Both the position numbers and the translations under genes were made by a program. A stretch of 64,000 nt of DNA from Podarcis melisellensis (Eukaryota). This document shows, in pieces, positions 1 through 14,580 of this stretch; position 1 is the first letter of the stretch; every line of letters starts with the position of its first letter. The notes below the pieces were generated by a model that was given only the letters and a program-made list of their open reading frames with translations, made no database searches and was not told where the DNA came from. Where the stretch lies: the NCBI GenBank assembly GCA_964234715.1, contig OZ174277.1. One strand, 5' to 3'.

Positions 1-597
1 CAGCCCAGAATTGCATTGGCTTTTTTAGCTGCCGCGTCACACTGTTGGCTCATGTCAAGTTTGTGGTCAACCAAGACTCCTAGATCCTTTTCACATGTAC
101 TGCTCTCAAGCCAGGTGTCACCCATCTTGTATTTGTGCCTCTCATTTTTTTTGCCCAAGTGCAATACTTTTCATTTCTCCCTGTTAAAATTCATCTTGTT
201 TGTTTTGGCCCAGTTCTCTAATCTGTCAAGGTCGTTTTGAAGTGTGATCCTGTCCTCTGGGGTGTTAGCCACCCCTCCCAGTTTGGTGTCATCTGCAAAT
301 TTGATCAGGATGCCCTTGAGTCCATCATCCAAGTCATTGATAAAGATGTTGAATAAGACCGGGCCCAAGACAGAACCCTGTGGCACCCCACTAGTCACTC
401 TTCTCCAGGATGAAGAGGAACCATTGATGAGCACCCTTTGGGTTCGGTCAGTCAGCCAGTTAGAAATCCACTGAGTGGTAGCATAGTCAAGACCATATTT
501 TACCAGCTTCTTTACAAGAATATCATGGGGCACCTTGTCAAATGCCTTGCTGAAATCAAGGTAGGCTACATCCACTATGTTCCCTTCATCTACCAGG
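1..597 (-). mobile_element. CR1 LINE ORF2 reverse-transcriptase fragment (runs off the window start)
   Basis: Minus ORF 171-575 has CR1 RT motifs [42 protein letters not shown] and MNFNREK. Confidence 0.95.
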
Positions 598-605
598 GTT
601 GTAAT

Positions 606-965
606 TAGTCCAGCATCCTATTCTCACAATGGCCAATCAGAGACCTGTGGGAACTCTTCCCTCCTGTGGTTTCCAGCAACTGTTATGCAGAAGCAACGCT
701 GCACTCAGCTGTGGTGGCAGAGCACAGCCATCATGGCTAGTAGCCTTCAACAGCCCTCCCCTCCATGAATCTGTCTAATTCTCTTTTAAAGTGATCTAAG
801 CTGGTGGCCACCACTCCATTCTGTAGTTTCACTCTGCACTGCACGAGCAAGTATTTCCTTTTATCTTCCAACATTCAACTTTATTGGATGCTCCCAATTT
901 CTAGAATTATGAGAGACGGAGAAAAACAATTCTGTATTCACTTTCTCCATGCCAGGCATAATTTT
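606..965 (-). mobile_element. Old CR1-type LINE 3' end fragment
   Basis: Sequence 'agtccagcatcctattctcacaatggccaatcag' matches the CR1-type 3' UTR family also seen at about 5030-5110 and 47166-47390. Confidence 0.55.
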
Positions 966-2526
966 AGAAACTTATTCAGAGACACGGGAGCAATATGGTC
1001 ATAAAGCACCGAAGACTTTGTACTTCTTAGAAGTTGTGTACAAAGATAATCAATGGGAATTCCCTCTAGAGATGTCTGTTTATACGCTGTTCTTCTTTTG
1101 AGCTGTTCTTGGCTCTGGATTCTTGGTGTTTTCTACAAACAACACAGCAGTTCCCTGCCACTTGAACCAGCGTTTCCACCCTTCCTTAGTCTGATATTTC
1201 CCACTCAGCCAGGGCTATGGGCTGGACCAGCTCAGGCATGGAGGCCTGGATCTCTGCCGGGAGATCTAATTATAACAATGTCCTCTTCCTCTGACAGGGA
1301 GTACGTGTTCATTTCTAATCCACTTGGCCCAGTGACCAAACACAATTAGCTTAATGCAGTTTCCCTGACTGTTATCAGATGCTTTAGCTACATATCTGGA
1401 GATCTACTCCAAATGCTCATAAGAATGGAGCAACTCCCCTCCCCTCACACTGTCTTCATCCTCTGTTTCATTGGCTAGGGTAGGAAAGCTGAACCGGGGG
1501 GGGGGGGGGACTCATTTCTCAGAATTCCCATTCCACACACTGATGCACAGGCTGTCAACACGGTACTCTACAAATCTTTTAGATAACAATGTCCATCATT
1601 CTTGACCATGTGCTGTTAGATACCGTAAATCAAAGAAAATTCCCCAATTCTTCCTTGAATGGACACTTTATCCCCAAGAAAGGGAGGCCAGACACAGGCA
1701 TCAAAGTACGACTCCAATTAATTAGAGCGTACTGTGGGCTATGCCGATCGGGAGTCCGCACTAAGTTCAGCATCAGTGCCAAGCTAGCAGGGGCTGATGG
1801 GAGTTGTATTCCAACAACGTGGGAAGCTAGCATGTTAGCTAGCCCTGAACTAGAGGTCCTGAACTAGAGGTTCCAACAATTCATAACATGTGAGCTACTA
1901 TAAGAGATTTTCTGCAAATAATGCTCATCATAGTCCCTCCATGATAAACATACCATGTTCCTTCAGACATAGCGCAGAACCTCAGATGATGTGTGGCTCA
2001 CCCCAGCTCTACTTCCTACCTTAGAGCGGATGTCTAGGGCAGGGAAGCCTGCACACCTGGGCCTCTACATGCAGGGTTCCAGGACCAGTAAAGGTCCATG
2101 CGAGTAGGCTTCCCTGTCTCAGATATCCACATGGGGCTGGGGGGAGAAACACACGCAGCAGGGTAGTGTAATTTGGTTGTTTTAGCGGCTGTCCAAATAT
2201 ATTTCCAGGATATCTTTTTTCCAAAAAATAAATAAAAGCAATGAGGTCAATGTCACGGCAGCTTTTTATATGTGTTCCTTTGCACATGCAAAGTGTCTCC
2301 CTTAATTGAAATGAGTAACATCATGGGAGGGGTGTTCCCAGATACCCCATCCTTTGCCCTTGGAAGCCTTATAAGCTGCTGCTGCTGCATGAGAGGAACA
2401 TTGAGCAACATCATGAGAAGGTTGTTTCTAGGACTAAGGTGAAACTGTGTAGCTCCCTTACTATTTTTGCTATGCCACATGTAATCTTGTTATATTTATA
2501 GCATTGAAATGTGTTTGTTATGTTAT

Positions 2527-3360
2527 TGTGTGGACAGGAGGAGTCCCTTCCAACCCCAGGTTACTCCCGAGTGGAATAATGACTCAAGACAACGTGCTAT
2601 GGGATTAAAATTGGCCACAACTTTATTAAGTTTCAGATGTAGGGAGACCTTGGCTCAGGCATTGGGCATTCATCCTTCCCAGTCCACAGCCAGGGATCTG
2701 TGGGACATCAAGGTTATCCAGAATGTGTGGGGATTGGGTTGGCTCTGAAGAACATATGTTCAAGCAGAGAGCCCGCCCCCTGTTTTATCGCCGTCACAGG
2801 GGAGAGTTATGACAACCTTTCAGCGAATGGCCAATGCTTCCCCTCAAGACCCCTTTAACGGGGAACCCTGAGATCACACCCCCCCCCCCAATTTATGGAA
2901 GATAGACTAAATGATTCTGCCCAAGGCCTGAAACCGCCAAAGTTGTGACATTTTGCTACAGGGAAGGCAAAACCTGCCAATACAGGAAAATTCCTTTCTG
3001 GCCTTTCAACAGCGGCCTTAACGTAGTAGCACCCACATACCTGTGGAGAAAAGGTTAACTTGCAAAAGAAGGCTTAACTGAGGGAGGGCAGGGTGGGAGA
3101 AGCTCTGGAGCCAACTGACGCTTTCCAGGTACGATTCACCATCTGTTATCTGGGCAGGGCGGTCCCTCCCCTTACCTGGCCGATCCCCTGGCAACGCCTC
3201 CCCAGGTGGGATTGGGCGATTGGCTGAAGTAGGCAGAGACCTCCAAGTATCCAGCCTGGGGAGGGCGAAGCCAGCCCATACTACCAGAAGCCGCATGGGA
3301 TCCGGGGGGCTGTGCACGACCACGTAAAAGGCGCCCCCCATTTGATGTGGGGAGCGGTCG
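2527..3360 (-). mobile_element. Solo A-spacer-B terminal unit of an Ngaro-like tyrosine-recombinase retrotransposon (diverged family)
   Basis: On the minus strand it shares, in order, a C-tract border, the U-rich loop motif, TAGCAAAATGTCACAACT, TGGCGGT, GGGT-N4-CGTTAAAGG, CCAATGCCTG, AATAAAGTTGTGGCC and a CACAC end with the terminal unit of the full element at 42141-42939. It is about 830 bp, has no ORFs, and 'gttat' occurs at both junctions. Confidence 0.8.
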
Positions 3361-6300
3361 TTATATTTTTGTTTTGCTGTGTTTTTATGGAATTGTTTTT
3401 ATATTGTTTGCTTGAAATGCATCCCTGTTTCTTTGTTGCAAGTCACTTTGAGCAGTGTGTGTGTGTGTTGTGTATGGAAAAGTGGCTTGCCGATAAAATG
3501 AAGGGATGAATGGCACAGCTTTTGACAAATGAACATGAACGAACAATCAGGGAATATTTTATATAAAGAAGATAGTGTCCCTGGAACAAGGCTAGCTGCA
3601 ACCGTATCAGTCCCGTGGTGAATATCACAGCTCAAGTCTTGGAAACATAGGAAGTTGCCTCATATGAGGTCAGACTATTTGTTCATCTATCAAAGCGTTG
3701 TCTATTCCAGTGGTGGCTGGTGCTCACTGGAGTAGTACAGCATAAGTGATAGGGGTCAACAGTAAGGAGAACCAGAGTCAAGGAGAGTCCAGTTTTTCCC
3801 CCACCCACCTTCCTGTTGAGTTCTGCAAAGACAACACTAAGACAAAGGAGGAATAAGCTGTTGCCCAGTATCAGCCGCTAGACTGGAAGTAGGGCAGGTA
3901 GAGACTGGTTGAGGGCAGAATGACATTGGTGCTCCTCTTACCCTAATGGACCAGGCTTCACAGGCTCCAACTAGGGTTTCATTCAGAAACCACTGCTACC
4001 TTTTTTCCTTTAACTGAATATGATGAGCATCAAACACTGAACCTTTAGGGTGTTTTTTCCCCAGAATCTTTGCTGTGTAGTTCCATACAACACATGGGCT
4101 TGAAGCCAAGTTTTTTGGTGCTGAAAATTGGGGTGCAGACTTCCACTTAACAAGTAGGTGATTTTAGGCATCTCTCTCAGTGTGTCTCACCTTACAAGTT
4201 GGGAGCATGGCATAATAACATGAATAATACAGTTCAACCTCACAAGCTCCCTTTTGGGACCATTCTCTGATACACCCTGTATGCCCTTCAGATTGATTTT
4301 ATTTGCCAATTAACTTAATGACAGATCGTTGCATTTTAAATATGCACTTTACTCCTTGTTTTTATGTTGCAAAGCTGCTCCAAGAGGATATGAATTGGAA
4401 AAAATGGAAAGGCTGAGTGAACAGTCAGAATAATGTGTTTCCCACATTTCATAAATGGATAATGCATCATATGCTTGAAGGCCACAGGTCTCAGTAATAA
4501 GGAGCAGAAAATGAGTTGCAGGTATAACACTCTAGGAAGCTACCTGTTTTCAGCTGGAAAGCAGAGTCAGAGGTTGCAAAGACTTAACAGGCAACTAAGG
4601 CAGACACTAGAAGAAATCAGCAGCATAAGCAGTCAGAAAAGGGGTCACAAAAGGGCTAAACCAAACAGCAAACACCAACTGATGAATGCAAAGCCTTGTG
4701 GATGTTGGCCAACAGGAAACCTTTTAACTACAACCAGTTAGAATCCCAGATTTTAGACTAGAAAGGAATTATACATAAATTCAGAAAAAGCCCAGCACTA
4801 TAGATATGATCAAGTCCTAATCCACAGTTTCGTAACAGATTTAATAAAAAAAAAAATGTACACCCTTCCCTAGCCCCACACTCTCTTTACTATATCCCTC
4901 AATATCAAAATTTATATGGAGCTTCAGCTTCCTTTCCCTCATTAAATAACAAGATGGAAGAGCCATTGACATTGATTGTGACATAGAGAAGAGTGGCAAG
5001 GTTGGAATTCAAGAGCTCACTGAAAGACATGAGAAAAGTCCTGTTGGATCACCTGAAGGATTCATCTAGTCCAGCATCCTTCTTTCTGCAGTGACCAGAC
5101 ACCTCTGGGAGTGTCTTGAGATCAATGCCACACCACGTTACATCACACAGCATAGTTCCCAAGGCATTCCAGGAATTGTGGCAATTGGGAAGCTGTGGAG
5201 AAAGACCTGTACTATTTCCTAATGATCACGCTTCCTGGAATGCTTTGAGCACCCTAGAATGTAATGTGGCATCATCACTCCAGTGGCATTCCACAAAGGG
5301 CAGCTGGTGAAAGTTGTGGAACAGCCTTGTACCACCCTCAGCAATGTAGTTTAAACAGGAAAGTGGGGGGGGGGAGGAAAGTCCTTAGCTACCTCATAAG
5401 GGTAAATAAGATAAGGAGAAACATCCCTCTCCCCCCCAAAAGAACAACCACCCCACAGCAATCGCCCCATCTTTCAGAGAGGTTAGTTTCACAACTGCCC
5501 ACCAAAAGGTTGAGAAATGAAGTTTTGACATGTTCAACTCAACTTAAGACTGGCTTTGCATCCATTCCATTTCCGCAGGAAATCTTGGGGAAATTCATTT
5601 TAAAAGGGAAAGTACTATGTCTCTTTTATAGATAATTATCAGCATGGCATGTCACCAAGATACCATTACCAGGATTCTCTGGAGGAAAGCATTGCACTAC
5701 AAAAGATAAGACCACAAATGTACTTTATTTGACCATTATTCTCCAGAATCAGTGCCTAGATAGGAGTTTCTCTTCTTAAGGTGGAAAAACACCACAGAGT
5801 GCTAGAAGACTTGGCTGTGGAAAAAAGATAATTCCACCATCCTAAGTTCCTACAAAACCTTCTAAAATCCTTTCTTCACGGAAACAAACAGCATAACTGA
5901 AATCACCCTCGTAATGCATCCTAATGCTGGCTCACAAGTGAGGAAGAGCTGTAGAAAGATTGTAAGATGCTACTTTTGAAAGATGATGCTTAAATCACCC
6001 TCTTAATCCTCTAAAAAAAGCTACATTCATTCTGCAGTGGTCTTTACTATCAAAACAGAAATGAACTCTTAGAACACTGAGAAATACATTCAGGTCCAGT
6101 CCAGATCGCAAAAAGAACATTTAGCTGATTGTTAAAGAAAGAACCAGGGACTGGAACCTTTCCAAAGTCAAACATTCAGATGATTTCAAGTGACATTACA
6201 AAGTGTTTTGGGTCAAGCACATTTGTCACTCACTATGAAGAAAACAGAAGGTGACCGTTTTTATACTGATAATGTTACCAATGTAACCTTTTCATTCAGT

Positions 6301-6989
6301 TTCTGGAAAATCCAAGTTTATCCCTTTTGAAATCAACCTGACTGCTCATGTGAGAAATACACAGAGGGGAAGGGAATGGAGATCCCATTCTTTAAGAAGT
6401 TTTTTTTTAATCAATGCACAGCATGCACCCAATGAACTCTTCTTTCTACAACTTATAGTCATTTTTTTGAAAATCCTAAAGAGCTGCTCAGTACCTAGTT
6501 GGACTAGCCCAGCAGGAGGTTATTGCTTGGGAGCAACATCCAAGAAACTGAAGGCAGAAATCATTTTGAAAAGACAAGCTAAATTACTCAGAAAAGTTCT
6601 CTGCATCCATTCCTAGGACTAGCATCTTAAGCCACTTGTAAGACTACTGCTTCCTTTCCTTTTAGAAATAATTCTTAAATCCCACCCATTAATGGAGTCT
6701 GTTTGTGAAGACAGCATCATAGCCTGTAAAACAGCAGCAAGGAGGGCTTTGCCACCTTACAAACTGACACAACCATTCGTTGTAGCATAAGGTTTTGTGG
6801 CTTCAGATTATTGCTGTTACTATTAATATTATTTCTACTACTACTCCTCGGCCTTCACCAGAAGATCCTGGGGCAGCAATATAAAATGCAGTATTGTAAA
6901 AAGTTACAATTGCATCTAGAGTGGGTCCAAATAGATACAGGGGCAAAGGCTAGGGCAAAGGTGTATGAAGCCTGATGCTCAGTTGGCGG

Positions 6990-7012
6990 GTGTGTGTGTG
7001 TGTGTGTGTGTG
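6990..7012. repeat. (TG)n microsatellite
   Basis: Read directly. Confidence 0.95.
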
Positions 7013-9420
7013 TTTGTCATACAAAGGTGGAGAAAAGAGGAATAAATGGTTTGAAATCATCTCGGTTGACCGTTTTAAACAAATACACATGCACATTCAA
7101 TGTATATAAGCTTTCAAGTCACAAGCCAATCAAATAAGGGATCTCTGCTATATTTTTGTAGCTTTCAGAGTTAGACCACAATGCCATGCAGAGTCCTAAT
7201 GTTGCATCATCACCAACACTACTACACAACAGTAGGTTATCCAAATACCATCACCCAGACTGAAACTCAGCCAGGCCATTGGGGCTCACACCCATACAAT
7301 GACGTGATTGTGAGAGGCACAGATTAACTGCATCCTCCGCAAGTTCAATGTAAAGTCAGTTTACATAATGGCTGGAAATGGATAGTTTTATGCTTTGTGA
7401 AGGAAAGGAATTTATGTGAGGGTTCTCATGGCCACATACGCAGAGCCATTAATTTGGAGAGCAGGCACCTGTTGCGCGTGGATGCTGTTCTCCCTGCAGG
7501 GGCCTCTATGATTGAGGGAGCACCAAGGACGGAAAAAACAAACAAGGGAGAGGACCACCACTACCTCCGCAGATCCTATGAATGCTGCCCAATGGCCAAT
7601 CCAACCCAAGTCTCTTTGAGAAGTCGTGTCACTGCAGACACTCTCCAGAGAGATATACAACATTTGACTCAGGGCAAGCGATCTGGAGGCAAACAGACAC
7701 AAACCACTACAGATCTTACACGCATGGGCACAAAAAGCAACCATAGCTCCATTATCCACTATACATTATTAGTTAAAGTGTTTACACCCAACTGGAGAAG
7801 ATAGTACAACTCAGCAGGGCAGCCATGTCTCATGTCCCCTTTCTTTCCTTGCCAGAGCAGCTCTGGGAAAGAAAAGCAGAGAAAGCTTTCTAGGGGCTGG
7901 CATGGGAGAGATGGAGAAGGAAGGAAAAGGGGCCAGGGGCTTTGGGGAAGTGATGATAATCCAGTTTAAGACTGCAGTCTATTAGTGCTGCGGTCCTATA
8001 TACACTTACCTGCAAGTGTCTCCAACTGAACCCAATGGAACTTACCGCTGAGTAGACATTGGTGTAGGGTTGCACAGTAAAACTGCCACCCTAAAAACAC
8101 CTAACACATCCAAAATGCAGCCCTAGCCATGTCTGCTCAGAAATAGGCCCTACTGAATCCCATAAGGTTTACTCCCAGTGGGGTTGTGATTCCAGCCCTA
8201 TTAAGGAATATATCCCATTGAAAACAGTGAGAGTTACTCTTTCTAAGTGAACACATATATAGAACTATGCTGTAAGGCTGCAATCCTATGCACAACTGAT
8301 TTGTGAACTGCACCATTTCAGCATTTCCCAAGGATTAAATCACTCCTCATTTATTCAGTGTAACTTGCTGTATGGGAATCCAAACAGAGCAACTGTTCTG
8401 GTGGTTGAATGCTCTTCTATAAATCACCACCACTTGGTCCATTCCTCGTTGTTATTACTTGCAATGAGTTGCTGGCTCAGATTATCACAGTCTTAAACAG
8501 CACGGCATGGCAAGAGCAAAGGCCTTCTCTTCATTTTTCTCTGATAGCATGTAAGGTGGGCACAGGGTATAGCCCTCTTTCTCATTGGAACCAGTGATGT
8601 GAATAGCAAACAGAGCTTTTGCCAGGAAGTTGTCTTCCAGAGCACAGAGATCAGCTCTTACCAGCAAAATATAAAAACAAAAACACACACTCAGACAAAG
8701 CAGGACAAAATAGAACAAAACCTTTTCTGCCTCGGGAGTTATGATGTGAATGAACCAAACCACATTAGCTACTTTTGGCAAGCTGGATGTTGGAAAATGA
8801 ACTGGCAGATTCAAGGCATGGTCTTATTTTACAGTTCCTAGTAACCATCACATGAAATCCGTATGATCATTCCATCATTCCAGTTCTAAGCAGAAGGGCA
8901 ATTGAGAAAGCGGACTGCTAGCCAAAGTCTCACCAACATGTACTTAAAATCAGGGCTTAATCTGAGCTAAGGTTCAGGCCCTGAGCTTCTTTTCTTAAGT
9001 AGAAGGCAAGTCTTAGAAATGTGTACAAAGAGTGTTTTTGAGCATGTGCAGCTTCATTGCTCTTGCTTTTGTTGAATAATATTTAGCCCCTGAATAACTG
9101 GGATTAGATAAAAGGGGTAAAACACCACTGGGCAAAACTGTTGAGCAGAATAAAATATTTGCCTCTCATCTTACTGACTTTATTAGAGAAGGGGCTGATA
9201 TTTTTTAAATTGCTCTCCTTGATTGATAAGTGTTCCCAAAGAAGCATCCACACCATAAACAAAGCTGTAAATAACTTCATGAGTACTATAAATATTTCAC
9301 AAATTCCATATTGATAGAGTCATTAAGTAATTTTTTGCTTGGATGTTGCATAGAATAAGCAAACTTGCAGTTAAAATCCATGAAGCCAGCAACTTCCAAA
9401 GGCCAATGGTCCAAAATATA

Positions 9421-9584
9421 CCATATTTTTCTGTGTATAAGACTAGGGCTTTTTCCTAATAAATTATGTAAAAAAGTAGGGGGCATCTTATACACGGATA
9501 GTGCCGAGGCCATTTTCTTAAATCTGAGTCTCCCAAAACAGGGGCGTCTTATACATGGGGTGTCTTATAGACGGAAAAATACGG
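9421..9584. mobile_element. Tc1/mariner-pogo type MITE
   Basis: TIRs ccatatttttctgtgtataagac / gtcttatagacggaaaaatacgg, flanked by TA on both sides. Confidence 0.75.
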
Positions 9585-10740
9585 TATGTGACAATAAATC
9601 AACAGGTCACTATAACAGGTAAATTTGGACTTGAGAGTCACCATACCAAAATGGTTGGGAACCACTATTCTAAAGGGATAAAGATAAGACACCATCACCA
9701 ACTACCAACACATCTTAAAGTTGCATCCCAGCTGCCCACCATTAGATCAGAAAAACATTTATCTGTGAGACTTGCGCATCCCTCACCACTGGAAAAAGAA
9801 GAGAGAGTGAGCTGCAGTCCTCCTGATGTTTTGTACGGCAATTCCAATCATCCCAAAGTTGATGGGAGTTGTAGCCCAAGAACGTATGGGATGGCCATTA
9901 AGTGCCCCATCCCTGATTTAAAGATTTGAGCATGATCTTAACACGAACAGTGCAACCCTACACATGTCTACTCAGAAGTAAAGTCTCACCAACTTCAGTG
10001 AGACTTACTCACAGAAAAGGTGATCCCAGGTTCTTAGCAGCCCTTCCCCAACTTGGTGCATTACAGATAGTGTAAGCTACAATTCCCATCATTGCTTGCT
10101 GACTGAAGAGCACCAGGGTGAGGAAGGCGGGTTTATAGGATTGCAGCCTAAAACAAATAATCCAAAAAAAGAATAAATATCTTGGTTGCATAATAAGCAA
10201 GGTTACCAAGCAGATTAAGTTCCAAGGTTAAGACAACAAGTACAATAGCAAAATAATCTCTCTGAACAGCTTCCTAAATGAGGCTTCAAATTTTTTTCTA
10301 AAACAAGACTGCAGATACAGACTGTGGCAGGGTGGGCCTTTTCTAGGCAGCTTGTCCCCTTAGCAGTTGTCTAAGAGAGGAGTCGGGTGTAATCTGGAAG
10401 TATTTCTAGACAGGCTACATCACTGGGAAGCCAAACAGGCTGCCTAGGGATGTGGCCATGTTGGAGACACTCTTCCGACCCCCTCAGTTCTGCATTTGGG
10501 AGTGGCACACCACCAGCGACCAGAAAATTCCTGATCTCAGTCCCACTCACTTCAGTAGTTACCAACAAAATCAAGCCAATACTTAAAGCAAAGGATGGGT
10601 TCTGTTTGTTTATCCTTCCCTTCTGAGAACATACTATTTTGGGACAACTAATATCTTACAGGGTTTGGGTGGAAAAAAAGCATTTGTGTCCTTACACTCC
10701 CTCGCTTACACAGGCAAGCTGCAGCATAGCTCAGACATTT

Positions 10741-11998
10741 AGACCAAGATTCTCGGGGAAAACCAAAGCTTAGAAGCTGGGAACTCCAAGGCCATAAACT
10801 AGAACAAGTCTCAAACTATAAGTATTTAGGAATGGTGGTCCAGGCCTCAGGATCCAACAAACTACACATAAATTCCATCGGGAGCTCTGGGGGAAAAACA
10901 GCAAATTGTATCCTCAAATTTTTTAGAACCCAAGGGGGCTTTTTCATCCCCGCGGTCCTAAAATTATACAAGGCCAAAACATTGGCGCAGCTCCTTTATG
11001 GATCCCTTCCAGGGCTGCCACCCTCTGCTTTCTCCCCACTCGAGAGAGTTCAATCCAAACTCCTTAGAGCCCTCATACAAGTCCCCAGATGCATATCAAA
11101 CGCATGGGTCAGACTAGAAACGGGGATGATGAGAGTGGAGGCTCATATCAGCCTAACATCAGTCTATAAATGGCTGGCACTGAAACTGCTCCCCCATGGT
11201 ATAGCCCCACTGATCCTTTGCGACCAGTTCCAGTCAGGCTGGAAGACAGCAGTTCTGAACACTCTTCAGAAACTGGGTTTTGCCCCTCAAGCTCTTCTAA
11301 GTCTGGGCTTGGGCCAAGCAAAAGCTATGGTTAGGGCAAAGAATTATAGACACTGAGAGACAAGAGGACTGCTTAAGGTGCCCCGACTACAAAACTGTAG
11401 AAATCGAGAGGGAGATAGCTGCACTGGGAGCATATCTCTTTTTTCTCGTATCCAAAAATGCAAGAAGGGCTTTTACACTTGCCAGAAGCTCGGCTCTGCC
11501 CTCGCCAGTCATGGAAGGATCCTTTTAAAAAGTCCCATACGCCCAGAGACTTTGCACCTGCCCATTGGGGGATATAGGAAGCGCCGAACACATATTTTTT
11601 AGATGTCCCTTTTACGATGAGGCATGTAGAGATACCATTGACCCCCTGCTGGTGAGGCTTGCTGACCTCCCAGAAAAGCAAAACTTCGATCTTCTCCTGT
11701 TAGGCAAAGGTCACAAAACAACCTGGACAGTCACCAGATTCTGCACACAGATCTGTAGGCACAGACCATCCCTCGATTCAAACTTGTTTGTTAAGAAAAT
11801 TCCCAAACTCGGATCCACGGGTGACTCTGAGTCATTTCTCTATGGTAGTTTATCTTAAAGTTTTTATGGGTTTATACACCTATTGCATTTTTAAACTTTA
11901 AATCCATTGGTGTATATTGTTTTAAATGTTGGTGTTGGTTTTGCTTTTGGGATAGTAGTCCCACTTGTGTTTCACAAGCTGGTCTCCGACTGTAATAA

Positions 11999-12043
<45 letters not shown>
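10741..12043 (+). mobile_element. 5'-truncated, frameshifted non-LTR retrotransposon (RTE-X-like) with (ATT)n tail
   Basis: ORF pieces read YKYLG, LYKAKTLAQLLYG, ERVQSKLLR...VRLETG and a C-terminal Cys/His motif EHIFFRCPFY. AATAAA is followed by an (ATT)n tail. A 15-bp TSD atagctcag(a/c)cattt lies at 10726-10740 and 12044-12058. The clade call is from motif memory. Confidence 0.8.
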
Positions 12044-12046
<3 letters not shown>

Positions 12047-14580
12047 GCTCAGCCATTTCTAATAGCCATTTGAAAGTGAATCTACAAAACTCTTCACCAT
12101 GAAGGGTACTGCTTAAAAACTTGTTTGTAGTGATTTAGGCAGAAACACCAAGGATTAAATGTCGTGGCCAATCTAGAGGTATTTCCTCAAGAAAATACCA
12201 GATGTTGTTTCTGTATGACTGGGTACACACCATACATTTAAATGACATTCTCCTCCCCCCCAAAAATCCTGTGAACTCTAGTGAAAGGTATGGTGTTTAT
12301 ATCAAGGGCAAAGCAACATGCCAAACATTCATGCACAAATATACTCTTTAAAACTAGGAAACTTGGCAGCTTCCAGAACTGCCAAACTCTCTGGGCCCAA
12401 TTCTGCATTCCCGTTGCAAATTAAACTATTAACAAAAGGTTAAACACAGTATTTCATTGCACTGTTTTTGTTTTCATTCAGCATTTTGGACAAGGGAGAA
12501 TCTGGGGTCAGTGACCCTAAAACCTCAATATTACGCAAGCAAGTTTGGACTTTAAGCCAGAAACTTGGTGTAACCATTGAACTTTTAACCTAAATAGTCA
12601 GTGAAGAATTGCTGGCTGGCAGGAGTCCCGCCTGATAAATTTCGGCTTGCTTTGTGTGTATATTTTTAAGAAGCGTCCAACAAAAATGCCTGATTTTGCT
12701 GAGCAAGTCAGTTTGCTGGGCAGCAAATTATGGCTGCAAGCACATTCACTTGGGAGTGAGCCCTATTGAATTTGGTGGACTCATTTCCAAGTAAACATGT
12801 GCAGGATTAGACTGCATAGCTCTTTTTTCTAAGGCCAACTGGCATCCTTCAATTTGCTCCCGTGTGTCTACCAGACTGGACTGAAAATGTAGATAAGGGT
12901 TTTGGCCCTCCACCCTTGTGGATTAGCAAAGGACTTGCTGGTACAACAGGCTATATTTACAGTATCCCCATAAAGTACCCTCCTTGGCTTCTGCCCTCTT
13001 CCATCAGGTTTTGCTGATTTGCTCTCTAATATCTAATCTGTAATGGTACCTTAGATCAACAATTCCTCCCTGAGGTTCCAAAAAGAAACTGCCAATTCAT
13101 TCTTCCTGAACTGAAGTTCTTTACCACACAAATTGGTTTCCACAGCTTTTTCTGTGTAGTTTTAATCCATGATAATCTTCAAGGGATTATTTTCAATCAG
13201 GTATGGGGTTTTTTCCACAGTATTTTACCTGTGCTGAAATACACAGCCTTGAACTCACTGTTTATAAACAGTTTAGCATGGAAAGTTCCCATTAATTCTT
13301 ATTTTTTGAAGGAATCATTATTGTATAGTTGAATAGCCTGCAACAAGCTAAAAGGCCACTAACTAATGAGGCAGCTTCCATAATGTCTGCTTTTGACAGC
13401 AAAGGCTTCTGCTGGCTCTCTCAGCTTCTATGACTATAATACAGAATATGCAAGGCTGCATAGACACTAGACCTTTAAAGCATATTCAAAGCACATTCTT
13501 TCTCACAAAGAATTTTGGGCACTATAGTTTACCCCTCAGGGTTATAATTCCCAGCAACCCCTAACAAACTTTATCTGTAAAATGCCTTGAGTCCCATCAG
13601 GGAAAAAGGCAGACTATAAGTAAATCTATAATAATATAACAACAAATTGCCGTGCCCAGAATGCTTTGAGGGGAGGATGTGTTTCAAATGTCCTCAAATG
13701 TATAGTGTGTACGCTGCCCAAATCATCTAACCAGTTTCCAATCCAATATCCACTTAATAAAACCCAAAGCATTTCCTGAACACTTGCTTTTGAGTGTGAT
13801 CCTTTATGAGTTTTGCCAGAATATGAAGTCCCATTCTAAATCTAAGAAGCTGTTTTGTTAAAGGGATGTGGGGCAGAGCAAATGATTAACAGGACAAAGG
13901 AGCCCTAGGGCTGCTGCAAAGCCTTCCTAGTCAAGGAGCCCTGACATTTCCATTTAATATCAGGGAAGCCAACCTTGGCGACACTTGGCAATGACATCTC
14001 TCCAAAGCTTTAAAATGATTGCTCCTGCCCAAAGCAAACAATTTGTCCAAATCAGGACAAGTGTCTCAAAGGAATGAGGTTGAGCTCAACTTACTAAATT
14101 GTTTGAACAGCAAAACCATTAATCATGGGGGACTGGAGCAGAGGGCAATGAGGGAAGATCGGTTTTCTGAACTGCTGGGCTCTGTGGGGATATTACAGCC
14201 AGGCTTCTTGTTGTCCCTCCCTGGTGTGGAAGGAAAGCCAATGGGTCAGCTACCCTGTAGTACAAATCAGGAAATGATCTCATGCCTTTGCAATCAGATC
14301 TTCAAATATTTAGGCTAAGGAGGTCGCACTGGGAATGCTCTCCATTTTCTTATCAGTAAACAAAAGAACTTTAGATTAATGCTGAGTGAGGAAACATTTT
14401 CCCCCTAAATCTCTAGGGTTCACAGATAGAATGTAATGTGTGTGTACACACACATATACCCCACACATATAGCTCTTTCTGCTGCTGGTTTTCCTTAATA
14501 GCAACCAAGCTTTATGTCAAAGAGGCTTGGAAAGTCTACAGCAAATTGTTTATACTCCTGTGCCCTTTGGAGGTGAATAG

